Positions 49,726 to 60,972 of a stretch of 64,000 nucleotides of DNA are shown piece after piece. Origin of the DNA: a bacterium (GTDB lineage: Bacteria; Margulisbacteria; Marinamargulisbacteria; UBA817; JAQBTH01); assembly GCA_027623425.1 (NCBI GenBank), contig JAQBTH010000001.1, forward strand, positions 1,485 through 65,484, read 5' to 3'. A program made the position numbers and the translations under genes. The notes below the pieces were generated by a model, which saw nothing but the letters and a program-made list of their open reading frames with translations, had not been told where the DNA came from and did not search any database. How positions within the stretch are numbered: the stretch's first letter is position 1; every line of letters starts with the position of its first letter.

Positions 49726-52230
49726 TTAAGCTCCTATAACAGTCCGGGTTTTTTTATCTGGGTCCGGTGCTGAAATTATACCAGCTTCTTCCAACTCATC
49801 AACCAAGCGTGCAGCGCGGTTATAACCGATACGCAATTTACGCTGTAAAAAAGACGTCGACACATACTGCGTGCTTTGAATAATTTCTTTGGCTTGAGAA
49901 AACAGTTCATCTTCGCCCGAATTTGAATCAGAATCGGAATCACCACCAGACTCATCCACCTCAACTTCTAAAATAGCGTCCACAAATTGCGCCGTTCGTT
50001 GTTTTTTACAAAAACTCACCACGGCCTTCACTTCTTGTTCAGACACAAACACACCCTGCGCACGAATCGGCTTTAAAGTACCCACCGGCAAATACAGCAT
50101 ATCCCCACGGCCAAGTAGTTTTTCAGCACCCGCCATATCAATAATGGTGCGACTATCAATTTGAGATTGCACAGAAAAGGAAATACGAGAGGGAATATTG
50201 GCCTTAATTAAACCAGTCACAACATTCACACTAGGTCGCTGAGTGGCCACAACCAAGTGAATACCCGTTGCCCGTGCCATTTGCGCCAAACGGCAAATCG
50301 TATTTTCTACCTCTTGGCTGGCAACCATCATTAAGTCTGCCAATTCATCAATAATAACCACGATATAAGGCAATTTATCCCGAGGGCCAAACCCATCGGC
50401 TATCTCGTCCACAGAAAATTCCTTACCCTCTATTTCCACATTGTGTTCTTCTACAAACTTGTTATAGCCCGCAATGTCTTTCACGCCACACGCCGCAAAC
50501 AACTCGTAACGTTGCTCCATCTCCACCAAGGCCCATTGTTTTAACGTTGCAGAGGCCTTATGCGGATTAGTCACAACAGGTGCCAATAAATGAGGTATAT
50601 CCTCATACAAGCTTAATTCCACCTTTTTCGGGTCAATCATCAAGAACTTCACTTCATCTGGTGTGCTACGCAATAAAATCGAAATAATAATCACATTGAT
50701 ACACACCGATTTACCCGAGCCCGTCGCACCCGCAATTAATAAGTGTGGCATTCTTTCCAATTGCAAACTCACCGGCTCGCCCGTTATGGTCATGCCCATT
50801 GAACACAATAATTTGGAAGGATGAATCATAAAATCCGTTTGTTCGATAATGGTTCGCATATTTAAGGCATCCACATTTGCATTTGGCACTTCTATACCAA
50901 TCAACGCCTTACCAGGAATAGGCGCTTCAATACGAACATGGGGGGCCGCTAACTGCAAAGCAATATCTTGAGCCAACCCTGTAATCTTACTAATCTTAAC
51001 CCCAACACCAGGCTGTAATTCGTATCGGGTTACCGCTGGGCCAGGCGATACATTCACAACCTGTGCATCCACACCAAAACTACTCAAAGTAATTTCCAAA
51101 ATCTTCGCTTTTTCCTGCGCTTCTTGAATGCTTTTCTTTGAGCGATTCTGCAATTTTACGGGCTTATCAAGTAAGGTAAGTGGCGGCAAGGCATAGTCAC
51201 TTTTTTCGCTGACTACAGCCGTCCCCGTCATCTGCTGTTTTTTAGCTTCATGAATATGCACTTCTGGTAAGCGTGGCGCCGCAATCATAGCGGGCTCGGG
51301 CTCGTCTTCAGGCTCAGGAATTTCAGCCAATTTAGGTATTTCTAAACGTTGCTGTTGGTGCGGAGCCTCAACCGCTTGGGAAGTCACCTTAGTACTAACG
51401 CGTGTCACTTTAGAACCACGTAATGGCGCCACATCTTCTAACCCTCGAATACGTCTTAAATCCGTATCATCGTAGCCATGGGTAACAATCGTTCGAAAAA
51501 ACAACATACGCACCACACGCCCTGAAATCCGTTTCCAGCGATCTGTAAATCGATTGCCTTCGTGACGGTGGTGTTCCTCTGCCAAAATATCTAAAATAAA
51601 TCCAATCCCCCTAGCGAACGCCTGAACCGTTCGGCGCACCGAAAAGTTAAACACCAGTACCGTACTCACCAAGGCACTAGCTGCTAAAAAGATCAGCGCC
51701 CCATAAATGCCCAATAATTTATATAATCCATACGCACCCACCACCCCAATTAAACCGCCACCATTAATCGGCATTGGAAAATGAAGCGCGGTTTGCGGAC
51801 CATTAATTTTTAATTCCAAATAAATCGCAAAAGCCATAAACGCGGTGATAACACCGCCGATAACCGATTTATAATTATCTTTGTTTGTAAAAAATAGCGC
51901 CACCGCACCTGACATTAAAAACCAAGCAAGATAATCCACCGCGCTACCTGCTAAATTCACCGCAAAATAATCCACCACCCAAAAACCAACTGTACCCGTG
52001 GACATGGGGTATTTCACAGACACATACACAAAAAGCCCCAAAAATAACATCACAAGCGCCGTCACTTCACGCATTTGGTCGGTAAACGGTTTTGGGATGT
52101 GTTCTTTGGCCATCACATCAGGCCTGGCAGCAGTTGATTTCCGCTGACGAGACGTTGTTGATTTAGACTTCGGTTTGGCTGTCGATTTTCGTCCACGACT
52201 GCCCCCCGTTTTAGTACGAATTCTGGACAT
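49726..52230 (-). CDS. ftsK: DNA translocase FtsK
   Basis: 834 aa; basic N-tail, N-terminal TM helices, Walker A (AGATGSGKSV), C-terminal gamma wHTH domain. Confidence 0.9.
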   Translation of the reverse strand: MSRIRTKTGGSRGRKSTAKPKSKSTTSRQRKSTAARPDVMAKEHIPKPFTDQMREVTALVMLFLGLFVYVSVKYPMSTGTVGFWVVDYFAVNLAGSAVDYLAWFLMSGAVALFFTNKDNYKSVIGGVITAFMAFAIYLELKINGPQTALHFPMPINGGGLIGVVGAYGLYKLLGIYGALIFLAASALVSTVLVFNFSVRRTVQAFARGIGFILDILAEEHHRHEGNRFTDRWKRISGRVVRMLFFRTIVTHGYDDTDLRRIRGLEDVAPLRGSKVTRVSTKVTSQAVEAPHQQQRLEIPKLAEIPEPEDEPEPAMIAAPRLPEVHIHEAKKQQMTGTAVVSEKSDYALPPLTLLDKPVKLQNRSKKSIQEAQEKAKILEITLSSFGVDAQVVNVSPGPAVTRYELQPGVGVKISKITGLAQDIALQLAAPHVRIEAPIPGKALIGIEVPNANVDALNMRTIIEQTDFMIHPSKLLCSMGMTITGEPVSLQLERMPHLLIAGATGSGKSVCINVIIISILLRSTPDEVKFLMIDPKKVELSLYEDIPHLLAPVVTNPHKASATLKQWALVEMEQRYELFAACGVKDIAGYNKFVEEHNVEIEGKEFSVDEIADGFGPRDKLPYIVVIIDELADLMMVASQEVENTICRLAQMARATGIHLVVATQRPSVNVVTGLIKANIPSRISFSVQSQIDSRTIIDMAGAEKLLGRGDMLYLPVGTLKPIRAQGVFVSEQEVKAVVSFCKKQRTAQFVDAILEVEVDESGGDSDSDSNSGEDELFSQAKEIIQSTQYVSTSFLQRKLRIGYNRAARLVDELEEAGIISAPDPDKKTRTVIGA

Positions 52231-52274
52231 AAATATATTATAGCACGTAGAAATTATGGTATAATACTACTCAT

Positions 52275-52670
52275 ATGAAACTAAAGCGTTTGGTAGATCC
52301 TAAAACAGGTAAATCCATTGTAATTTTGGATACTGGAGACGCATTGGTTGAGGTATACACACCTGAAGCCATTCACAACCATATCAATCCAAAACATCCT
52401 CTTGAAGCAACCGTTTCCGAGCAACGAAGCGCCATTGATCTTCACAAGAAAACCATAAAAACATTGGAAAACAAACTACATGCCGTTGAAAATCAGCGCA
52501 GCGAATTGCAACTTACCATTCAAAAATTAAATGCTGAAACACAAGAATTAAGTCATTGGAAAGAAAGCGGCATTTACTATACAGCGCAAATGATTGTGGC
52601 TGTAATCATGATCCTTGTCATCGCAAGTACATGTCTTGCCTTTTACCTTATGACACGCCCAGCCTTTTAG
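52275..52670 (+). CDS. Hypothetical coiled-coil protein with a C-terminal TM anchor (131 aa)
   Basis: ORF only. Confidence 0.45.
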   Translation: MKLKRLVDPKTGKSIVILDTGDALVEVYTPEAIHNHINPKHPLEATVSEQRSAIDLHKKTIKTLENKLHAVENQRSELQLTIQKLNAETQELSHWKESGIYYTAQMIVAVIMILVIASTCLAFYLMTRPAF

Positions 52671-53340
52671 ACACTGGCAGCTCAAATTCAAGACGCTCCG
52701 CGCGCGCGGGATGGTCAAAATGCAGCAAATAAGATTGAAGCAACTGACCCGTTGGGCGCTCTTTTCCCTTTTTCTGTTTTCGTCGACGAATGTCCATATA
52801 CAGTGGGTCACCAATAACCGGAAAACCTGCCGCAGTCAGATGCACACGAATTTGATGTGTACGACCCGTTTTAGGTAAGGCCCTAACCCATGTCTTGGTA
52901 TTGTAGCGCTTAATAACCTGTATCGTAGTATACGCCTCTTTAAGCGTGCCTTTAATATACGACACCGTGCTTCTCATGTAACGCCGGTTTCGATCCCGAC
53001 CCATTGGCGTATCTAAAATTAATTCATCATCCACAATATCGCCATACACCACAGCATAATAGCCTTTTGTAACAGTGCGCTCACGAAATTGGGCGGATAT
53101 CGCCTCATAGGCGCCCACCGTTTTGGCAATCACCATTAACCCATACGTATCCCGATCCAAACGGTGAATGATACCCCGCCTAACGGGGTCTCCCATATCC
53201 GCCAACGCAATGCCATCTTCGGTTAACGCATCCACCAAACTCTTGGTCTGCACTCCCGCCCCGGCATGCACGACCACACCCGCTGGTTTATTAATCACAA
53301 AAAACTCATCATCATCATGCACAATATCGTAAAATTTCAT
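52648..53340 (-). CDS. RluA-family pseudouridine synthase
   Basis: ATG at 53340 (MKFYDIVHDDDEFFVINKPAG…); HRLDRDTYGL catalytic motif; no S4 domain. Confidence 0.8.
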   Translation of the reverse strand: MKFYDIVHDDDEFFVINKPAGVVVHAGAGVQTKSLVDALTEDGIALADMGDPVRRGIIHRLDRDTYGLMVIAKTVGAYEAISAQFRERTVTKGYYAVVYGDIVDDELILDTPMGRDRNRRYMRSTVSYIKGTLKEAYTTIQVIKRYNTKTWVRALPKTGRTHQIRVHLTAAGFPVIGDPLYMDIRRRKQKKGKERPTGQLLQSYLLHFDHPARAERLEFELPVSKRLGVS

Positions 53341-53473
53341 TGCCCCATTGTAACAGATATCACCATTTTCCAGCACACCTGCGCGCCGATGCCGCCGAAA
53401 CGAAACGAAGACACTACCTACGATCAAGGTTTAGCGTGCAGCATTAAACGAGTTTCGTTATAATGAACACACA

Positions 53474-53845
53474 ATGCAAAACACCAGTCTTACAGAACAG
53501 TTAGAGCGTTTAAGCGAGTCAAAAGGGCACGTCGTAAGTAGCGCGGCAAAAGAAGCGCGTTTGAATGCTGAAAGCGTGGATTTCGATTCCTTTGCGGGCG
53601 AACACACGCGAAACATGTCAGACATTGAACTGTTTAACGAAAACGTCAAACTACTGGTTGCCGTGTTAAAACACACCCGATTCGATGAATTTGTAGTACT
53701 CATCGGTCAACCTCAACGCTTTATCATATTATCGTTTATTAGTGGGCTTACCAGAGGCTTAGGCTTTGCCCTAGGCGCACTCATTGTCGCAGGTCTTGCA
53801 CTAACCGCTGGTGGCGACATCATTACCACTCTGTTGCAACGCTAA
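53474..53845 (+). CDS. Hypothetical protein with a C-terminal TM segment (123 aa)
   Basis: ORF preceding lspA. Confidence 0.4.
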   Translation: MQNTSLTEQLERLSESKGHVVSSAAKEARLNAESVDFDSFAGEHTRNMSDIELFNENVKLLVAVLKHTRFDEFVVLIGQPQRFIILSFISGLTRGLGFALGALIVAGLALTAGGDIITTLLQR

Positions 53846-54330
53846 TGCTATTTAACAAACGATTCACGGCGGCCTTACTATTTGGTGTCTTAGTTGATCA
53901 AATCACGAAGCAAATTGCGCTTCATAATTTATCCATGTTTAAACCATTCGCGATAATTCCCCATATTTTTGAATTTCAATTGGTTAAAAACTTTGGCGCT
54001 GCCTACGGAATCTTTCAAAACCAACGCTTCTTTTTATTAATGGTAAGCGTGGCTGTCATATTATTTTGCATCATTTTTCAACGGGTGTTTGAAGGTAACC
54101 GGGCAAGGCGCCTTGGTGTATTATTTTTATTGATAGGGGCAATTGGAAACCTGATTGATAGGCTCTATTTCGGGTATGTAATCGACTTCATAAATATTCA
54201 AATTTTCCCAGTATTCAACATCGCTGATATGGCCATTGATGTGGGTGTGGGCTGCTTTATTTATGATGTGTATTTGGATTGGAAACACAATCAAAAACCT
54301 GGTAAAACGCACACCTCAGAGAGTGAATAA
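53845..54330 (+). CDS. lspA: Lipoprotein signal peptidase (signal peptidase II)
   Basis: 161 aa, four TM helices, NxGAAYG and FNIADMAID conserved blocks. Confidence 0.85.
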   Translation: MLFNKRFTAALLFGVLVDQITKQIALHNLSMFKPFAIIPHIFEFQLVKNFGAAYGIFQNQRFFLLMVSVAVILFCIIFQRVFEGNRARRLGVLFLLIGAIGNLIDRLYFGYVIDFINIQIFPVFNIADMAIDVGVGCFIYDVYLDWKHNQKPGKTHTSESE

Positions 54331-54341
54331 GCTGAGTTATT

Positions 54342-55550
54342 CTAGGTTCTGAGTATCGCGATTCCAGGCAGTTCTTTACCTTCTAGAAATTCTAAGGACG
54401 CGCCGCCACCAGTGCTTACATGGCGCATTTGATCGGCTAACCCAGCCTGGTTCACAGCAGCCACACTATCACCGCCACCCACAATAGTATTCCCATCACA
54501 GGCTGCCATCGCCTCAGCTATCGCATTCGTGCCTTTAGCAAAGGTTGGCAATTCAAACACACCCATCGGGCCATTCCACACTACCGTACGCGCGCCTTTA
54601 ATGACATTAGCGAATTCATGGGCACTTTTGGGCCCAATATCAAGCCCCATAGTACCAACAGGAATGGCATCAATACCCACAATTTGAGTTTTTGCATCAT
54701 TATCAAAGGCGTCTGCCACAACCAAGTCCTTTGGAAACATGACTTTGGTTTTACTATTTTTAGCTTCATCTAAAAATGAACGGGCAACATCAATTTTATC
54801 CACTTCAACAAGTGAATTTCCCACTTCCAAACCTTCTGCTTTTAAAAAGGTAAACACCATTCCCCCACCAATTAACAAAGCATCTACCTTACCTAAAAGA
54901 TTAGATAAAACCGCAATTTTTGTGCTCACTTTTGCCCCACCGATAATAGCCACAACGGGCGCCTCCGGTGCATCTACAACAGCCCCTAGCGCCGCCAACT
55001 CTTTTTCCATCAACAACCCTGCATAGGCCGGCAAATAGGTTGCCACACCCACAGTAGAAGCGTGCGCTCTATGCGCCGCACCAAAGGCATCTTGTACAAA
55101 CAAATCGCCATTTCGGGCAAGTTCACGGGCAAAGTCTGGGTCATTCTTAGTATCACCCTTGTGAAAACGCACGTTTTCTAGAAGCAACACTTCACCGTCA
55201 GCAAGTTCTGCCACCATTGCACGCACTTGTTCACCAATACAATCATTGGCTTTTTTCACGTTTAACGCCAATAACTCACTCAATCGGTCTTGAACTGGCG
55301 TTAAACGCAAACTCTCAACTACCTTGCCACTTGGGCGCCCCATGTGAGCCATGATCACAACCTTCGCACCACGATCAACTAAATAGCGAAGCGTTGGTAT
55401 GCCCTGTTGAATACGCGAATCATCGGAAATACCGCCCGCCTCATTTAACGGCGTGTTTAAATCCAAACGCAGCAAAACCCGCTTTCCAGCGAGTTCTGAT
55501 TGGTTTAAATCACGAATTGTACGATAACCCACAGTGGCAGCCACCGTCAT
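54342..55550 (-). CDS. pgk: Phosphoglycerate kinase
   Basis: 402 aa with the conserved PGK N- and C-domain motifs. Confidence 0.95.
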   Translation of the reverse strand: MTVAATVGYRTIRDLNQSELAGKRVLLRLDLNTPLNEAGGISDDSRIQQGIPTLRYLVDRGAKVVIMAHMGRPSGKVVESLRLTPVQDRLSELLALNVKKANDCIGEQVRAMVAELADGEVLLLENVRFHKGDTKNDPDFARELARNGDLFVQDAFGAAHRAHASTVGVATYLPAYAGLLMEKELAALGAVVDAPEAPVVAIIGGAKVSTKIAVLSNLLGKVDALLIGGGMVFTFLKAEGLEVGNSLVEVDKIDVARSFLDEAKNSKTKVMFPKDLVVADAFDNDAKTQIVGIDAIPVGTMGLDIGPKSAHEFANVIKGARTVVWNGPMGVFELPTFAKGTNAIAEAMAACDGNTIVGGGDSVAAVNQAGLADQMRHVSTGGGASLEFLEGKELPGIAILRT

Positions 55551-56573
<1,023 letters not shown>

Positions 56574-57122
56574 CTACGGTTCGATTAAATCAATATCCCC
56601 ATCAGCATCCACAAATACAACGTTAATCTCTTCTGTGGTTGCGTTACGAAACATCAAAAAGCTTAAATGCTCTCCTGCTAAAATAGCCGCCGCATCTTCT
56701 GGATGCATTGGTTTTGGCACATAATGACGCACCACTTTCGGTTGTGATTTCGATTTCCCTTTTTCTGCGACTGCTAAAAGCGGGTTTTCCTTTGCTGCTC
56801 GGCCTTCACCATGTCGGTTGTGCCCACGAATTTTGTCTTTATAACGACGCAATTGCTTTTCAAGCTTATCCATCAACAGATCAACAGATGCGTACATGTC
56901 CTTGGCTTTTTCTTCTGCGCGAAATACCGCTCCAGTAGCCCAAACAGTAACTTTAATTTGATGACGCTCATCTTTAGATGACACGTCTTTTACGTCCATA
57001 TCCACATCGATTTTCTGAATATCCCCTAAAAACTTATCCAATTTCCCTAGCTTTAATTCCACATATTCCTTAATTGCAGGAGTAATACTAACGTGGTGTG
57101 CAGCAATACTAATTTCAGTCAT
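56574..57122 (-). CDS. hpf: Ribosome hibernation promoting factor, long form
   Basis: 182 aa: N-terminal RaiA/HPF fold plus a C-terminal dimerisation extension. Confidence 0.85.
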   Translation of the reverse strand: MTEISIAAHHVSITPAIKEYVELKLGKLDKFLGDIQKIDVDMDVKDVSSKDERHQIKVTVWATGAVFRAEEKAKDMYASVDLLMDKLEKQLRRYKDKIRGHNRHGEGRAAKENPLLAVAEKGKSKSQPKVVRHYVPKPMHPEDAAAILAGEHLSFLMFRNATTEEINVVFVDADGDIDLIEP

Positions 57123-57247
57123 TTGGCATCCCTACCTTTCTAGACCCGACATCATAACAAAATTCATCACGTTATTCCAGCATTACTGGCAGAATAGTTG
57201 AGTAAAATGGCACCAAAACCCACATTAATGTTATAATCCTCCACATA

Positions 57248-57994
57248 ATGATTAAAGCCATTGTTTTAGCGGCCGGCAAGGGCACGCGTATGAATTCAGA
57301 TTTAATTAAGGTTGCTCACAAAGTGGGGGGGAAACCCATCATTAACCATGTGTTGGACACCCTTAAAGGAATGAGTGAGCTCACCGAAATTTTCATTGTT
57401 GTTGGCCACCAGGCCGACACCGTTAAGGCATTAACAAATGGCCCAAATGTGTCATTTGTCGAACAAAAAGAACAATTGGGAACTGGCCATGCTGTCATAC
57501 AAGTAGCGCCAACTATTTCCTTAACCAATTCGGATTTGGTTATTATAATCGCTGGCGATTGCCCCCTCATTTCTGAGACCTCGCTAAACACACTAATTGC
57601 CACCCACAACCGTGCCAATGCCAAAGGAACAGTGTTAACAATTCAGCTCGATGAGCCCGCACGCTACGGTCGCATTTTAAAAGATGAAGATGGAAATGTA
57701 CTGGCCATACGAGAAGCAAAGGATTGCACACCCCAAGAACTAAAGATTAAAGAAGTGAATTCTGGTGTGTATTGTTTTCACGGAAAATCCTTATTTAATG
57801 CCCTATCTCACCTAAGTACAGATAATTCCCAAGGCGAGTATTATTTAACTGATGTACTTGAAATTTTAAGGCGAAACGGCGATAAAATTGCAGCCTACTG
57901 CACGCCAAATTCAGATGAAGCACTGGGCGTAAACACCCCCGAAGATCTGGCTCAAATAGAAGCCATTTTAGAAAACCATACTCAAAAGACTTAA
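57248..57994 (+). CDS. GlmU-N-terminal-like UDP-GlcNAc pyrophosphorylase (uridyltransferase domain only; no LbH acetyltransferase domain)
   Basis: …IVLAAGKGTRMNSDLIKVAHKVGGKPIINHV…EQKEQLGTGHAV…QGEYYLTDV… closely parallels the E. coli GlmU N-domain; the protein ends at 248 aa. Confidence 0.8.
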   Translation: MIKAIVLAAGKGTRMNSDLIKVAHKVGGKPIINHVLDTLKGMSELTEIFIVVGHQADTVKALTNGPNVSFVEQKEQLGTGHAVIQVAPTISLTNSDLVIIIAGDCPLISETSLNTLIATHNRANAKGTVLTIQLDEPARYGRILKDEDGNVLAIREAKDCTPQELKIKEVNSGVYCFHGKSLFNALSHLSTDNSQGEYYLTDVLEILRRNGDKIAAYCTPNSDEALGVNTPEDLAQIEAILENHTQKT

Positions 57995-58143
57995 AACTTA
58001 TTACACACAGCCAAATTTCTGACCGATAGCGCGGCCTAAAATATACACAGATCCGCTAACAGGGAAAACCCTCTAACAAGCACAAGCTCACCATTTTACC
58101 CACATGCATGATTAATGGTAAATTATAAAAATAAAATAAAATT

Positions 58144-59377
58144 ATGGAGTTTGCCATGTTATGCCGCCGAATTGCAGCGTCATCAAACCAACAGACCCGT
58201 TGGGTCATATTAGATAATCTACCCTTTAAGTACGCAAAAGACGTTGAATGGAAGGACGTAAAAAAAACACCCCAAGATGGAAGATCACCATACATCGTCC
58301 CCCTTCCTCACGGGCATGCCTCATTAAAAGCAGCCAAAAACTCGCTACTCGCCACTCACCAAGACTTAGTGGACGTGCTTAAGCTTATTCGAAGCCCTCT
58401 TGAGTATAAATTTGGAGTGGCCTCCGGCAAGAATGATAGCTTAGACTACAAAATAAGCATAAATCCAAACCACGATAAGTCATTTTCAATCCACATCATG
58501 ACAAGCGCAAACACCGTTACGCTGAACTTCCACATGAATTTTGATAAAATGGGACAGCTGGTAGAGGAAATCTACATACAAAACACCATTGATGGCACAA
58601 TTACAGCCTACAAATACCGGCATCATCGAAAAGGATTAGAAACCTCTCTTAGTGATACGCCGAAAATTAAGTTTCCCCCCAAAATTGCATGCATAGAGAT
58701 TGATTTTGGATCCAACCCTGTCGCCTGGATCAACACAACTAAAAATGGTGAGCTGTACTATGAGGGACAAGCGTTATTAGTGGAAGATGCCGCCCCAGAA
58801 CCACATGGAAAAGGACAATTGGTTGTAGCCGACGCCATCACTATTATGGGGGTATTTAGTAACGGAACACTCTCTGAAGGCCATGAATCACTGCGTATTG
58901 ATACCCAAGAAGTAGACCCTTTCTACCAATTGGGCGTGCATAATAAAGCTGGGAATCAAATAGAGGGCAAAGTGTATGCTTACCATGATGCTACTTACCA
59001 TCATGAAATTAGACTGTACCTAGAGAGGTTTTATTCACGTGCACGAAAGACAGCAGGGGATTTCCCCCTTCCTCCCCGCCTTTCCCTTGGAGAGGCAACG
59101 CTTAATTGATTTAGCCGCATATACATGTGGGATGGTGCCACAATTAGTAGGATCAGACACAGAGGTGCTTCATCAACGACTGGCTGTCGCGGAACAACGT
59201 GCAAAGGCAGCAGAGGAGATGCTCGCCCATAACGCAGCGCAACATGAGCCGCTGGCCGAAACACCAAGGGCCGCCGCTAGCATCCGGCACGCCCGAAGCA
59301 GCAGATCGCGCCAGAATCCAATCCCGCACCTGCGCCCTGCAATAAAAAGCCCGCTCCTAAAAAGGAGCGAATCATGA
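58144..59377 (+). pseudogene. Effector-like hypothetical gene (paralog of 60273-60971) carrying a frameshift near 59040-59110; N-terminus MEFAMLCRRIAASS
   Basis: The 321-aa ORF (58144-59109) and the overlapping +1 ORF 59039-59377 together parallel the C-terminus of the 232-aa paralog (…LHRL…AELAH.NA…). Confidence 0.5.
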
Positions 59378-59418
59378 TGAACCGACACATTGCAACATAA
59401 CCAAAGATTATCTTAAAA

Positions 59419-60165
59419 TCACAACTTGAGGGTCATCGACGGCGCTATATCCACGCCACAACTAAACCGTTCTTTTAAACGCAGTGCAATTTCAGGCAAC
59501 ACAACCACTTCTGATTCCTTATGGCCTAAAAGCAACAAACCCATGTGGTTTAACTCCGCAAACACTTCATCGTGGTACCCCATTTCACCGGTAATAAATA
59601 AATCAATATTACGAGCCACCGCTTGGCGAAACAGCCCTTTACCGCTACCCCCACAAAAGGCAATTCGACTGACTGTTTTATGGGCACAATAACCCGCAAC
59701 TCGACCACCCAAAACAGCCTGCAGATCAGACACTTTAGCCGGTTCGGCCAACTCCAACCACTTTCCTATCCCACCATTAAATACCGCCATATTGGTGGGG
59801 TCTAAACCATAACATTTTACCAAACAATCCGTCACACCACCGGGCGCCGCATCCAAATTGGTATGCATCGACCACAAACTGGTTTCCGCATTCAGAAACG
59901 ATTTAATAATACGCCCCATATCCTCACCGGTATTAATACTTTTAAGGGGGGAAAACAGTAACGGATGGTGTGTAATAACCAAGTCATAAAATCCCGTTTC
60001 CACAGTCTCTAAAACTGCCGCATCCACCTCTAAAGCCACTAAAACATTGCTAACAGCCCGCTGCATATTCCCAATTTGCAAGCCCACATTGTCCCAATCG
60101 CACGCCAAATGCGCGGGGGCCCACTCTTCCAAATACTGCGCAATATCCCCAACTAATATACTCAT
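59419..60165 (-). CDS. NIF3-family (YqfO/DUF34) dinuclear-metal-centre protein
   Basis: 248 aa; conserved N-terminal LAxxWDNVGLQIG region and C-terminal metal-binding region. Confidence 0.8.
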   Translation of the reverse strand: MSILVGDIAQYLEEWAPAHLACDWDNVGLQIGNMQRAVSNVLVALEVDAAVLETVETGFYDLVITHHPLLFSPLKSINTGEDMGRIIKSFLNAETSLWSMHTNLDAAPGGVTDCLVKCYGLDPTNMAVFNGGIGKWLELAEPAKVSDLQAVLGGRVAGYCAHKTVSRIAFCGGSGKGLFRQAVARNIDLFITGEMGYHDEVFAELNHMGLLLLGHKESEVVVLPEIALRLKERFSCGVDIAPSMTLKL

Positions 60166-60272
60166 ATCTACAGGATATCACATCTACGAATCCCCATTAA
60201 ATGGCATACGACAAAATTACCGAAAAGTCAGTTTAATTGGACATTTAAATTTTATTAAAATAGTATATAATT

Positions 60273-60971
60273 ATGAGAATCGCGACACCCACCACAGTGC
60301 AATGCCGCCGAATCGCAACACCTGCACCAGCAGCCTCAATAGATATGGATGAGGCGTGTGGATTAACCATCACTGAATCTCGGACGATTACATGGAAAGA
60401 CTTCAGCATTTCTGGACAGTTTAAAGAAGGTGTACCAGACGATAAAGCGCGCCCATTACCTGGGGAAGTATATGTCATCAAAAAGGGTACTACTCTAGTG
60501 GGAATCGGCGAATTAAAACCATCCTTTGATCCTGGCGAAGTCTTTATTTATATTACGGATGCCAGCACGCAAGACGTCCAATATGAACTCGCCATAGGCT
60601 CCTCCTCGCATAGGGGTGATCACGCCGATATATTAAAAGAGCTACTACATAGGCTCGAATCAGCACGCCATAGCACTGATAATGCCAAGCAAGCAGCAAC
60701 CGAACTAGCACACAGTAATGCTGAATGGGAACACGCATTTTACGCGCAAAGAGAGGCTCTAATGGCTAGAGAATCCGAACTCCAAGCCGCAAGAGCAGAG
60801 ATCGCCGCGCTAAAAGAACAAAATTTAGCACTAGCAAAACGCGCATCTCGCCCCCCAACACACACAGAAACAGTTAGTCCGCCACGTACCCCGCCCAACC
60901 ACCGAGCCCCCACACACGCCAGATCCCCACTGGCACAACGTAAATTTCCAATAAGTGATGAGGATAATTAA
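60273..60971 (+). CDS. Effector-like hypothetical protein (232 aa) with N-terminal MRIATPTTVQCRRIATPAP, a central coiled coil and a basic Pro-rich tail
   Basis: ORF; 5' UTR and first codons are homologous to the 58144 gene. Confidence 0.55.
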   Translation: MRIATPTTVQCRRIATPAPAASIDMDEACGLTITESRTITWKDFSISGQFKEGVPDDKARPLPGEVYVIKKGTTLVGIGELKPSFDPGEVFIYITDASTQDVQYELAIGSSSHRGDHADILKELLHRLESARHSTDNAKQAATELAHSNAEWEHAFYAQREALMARESELQAARAEIAALKEQNLALAKRASRPPTHTETVSPPRTPPNHRAPTHARSPLAQRKFPISDEDN

Positions 60972-60972
60972 G

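Noticed and set aside
59039-59377. 112-aa ORF as an independent gene
   Set aside because: It is the frameshifted continuation of the 58144 gene; its product aligns with the C-terminus of the paralog at 60273-60971.
58144-60350. CRRIA twin-arginine as a Tat signal
   Set aside because: No hydrophobic h-region or AxA cleavage site follows the RR, so a classical Tat or Sec signal is unlikely; it is treated as a novel shared module instead.
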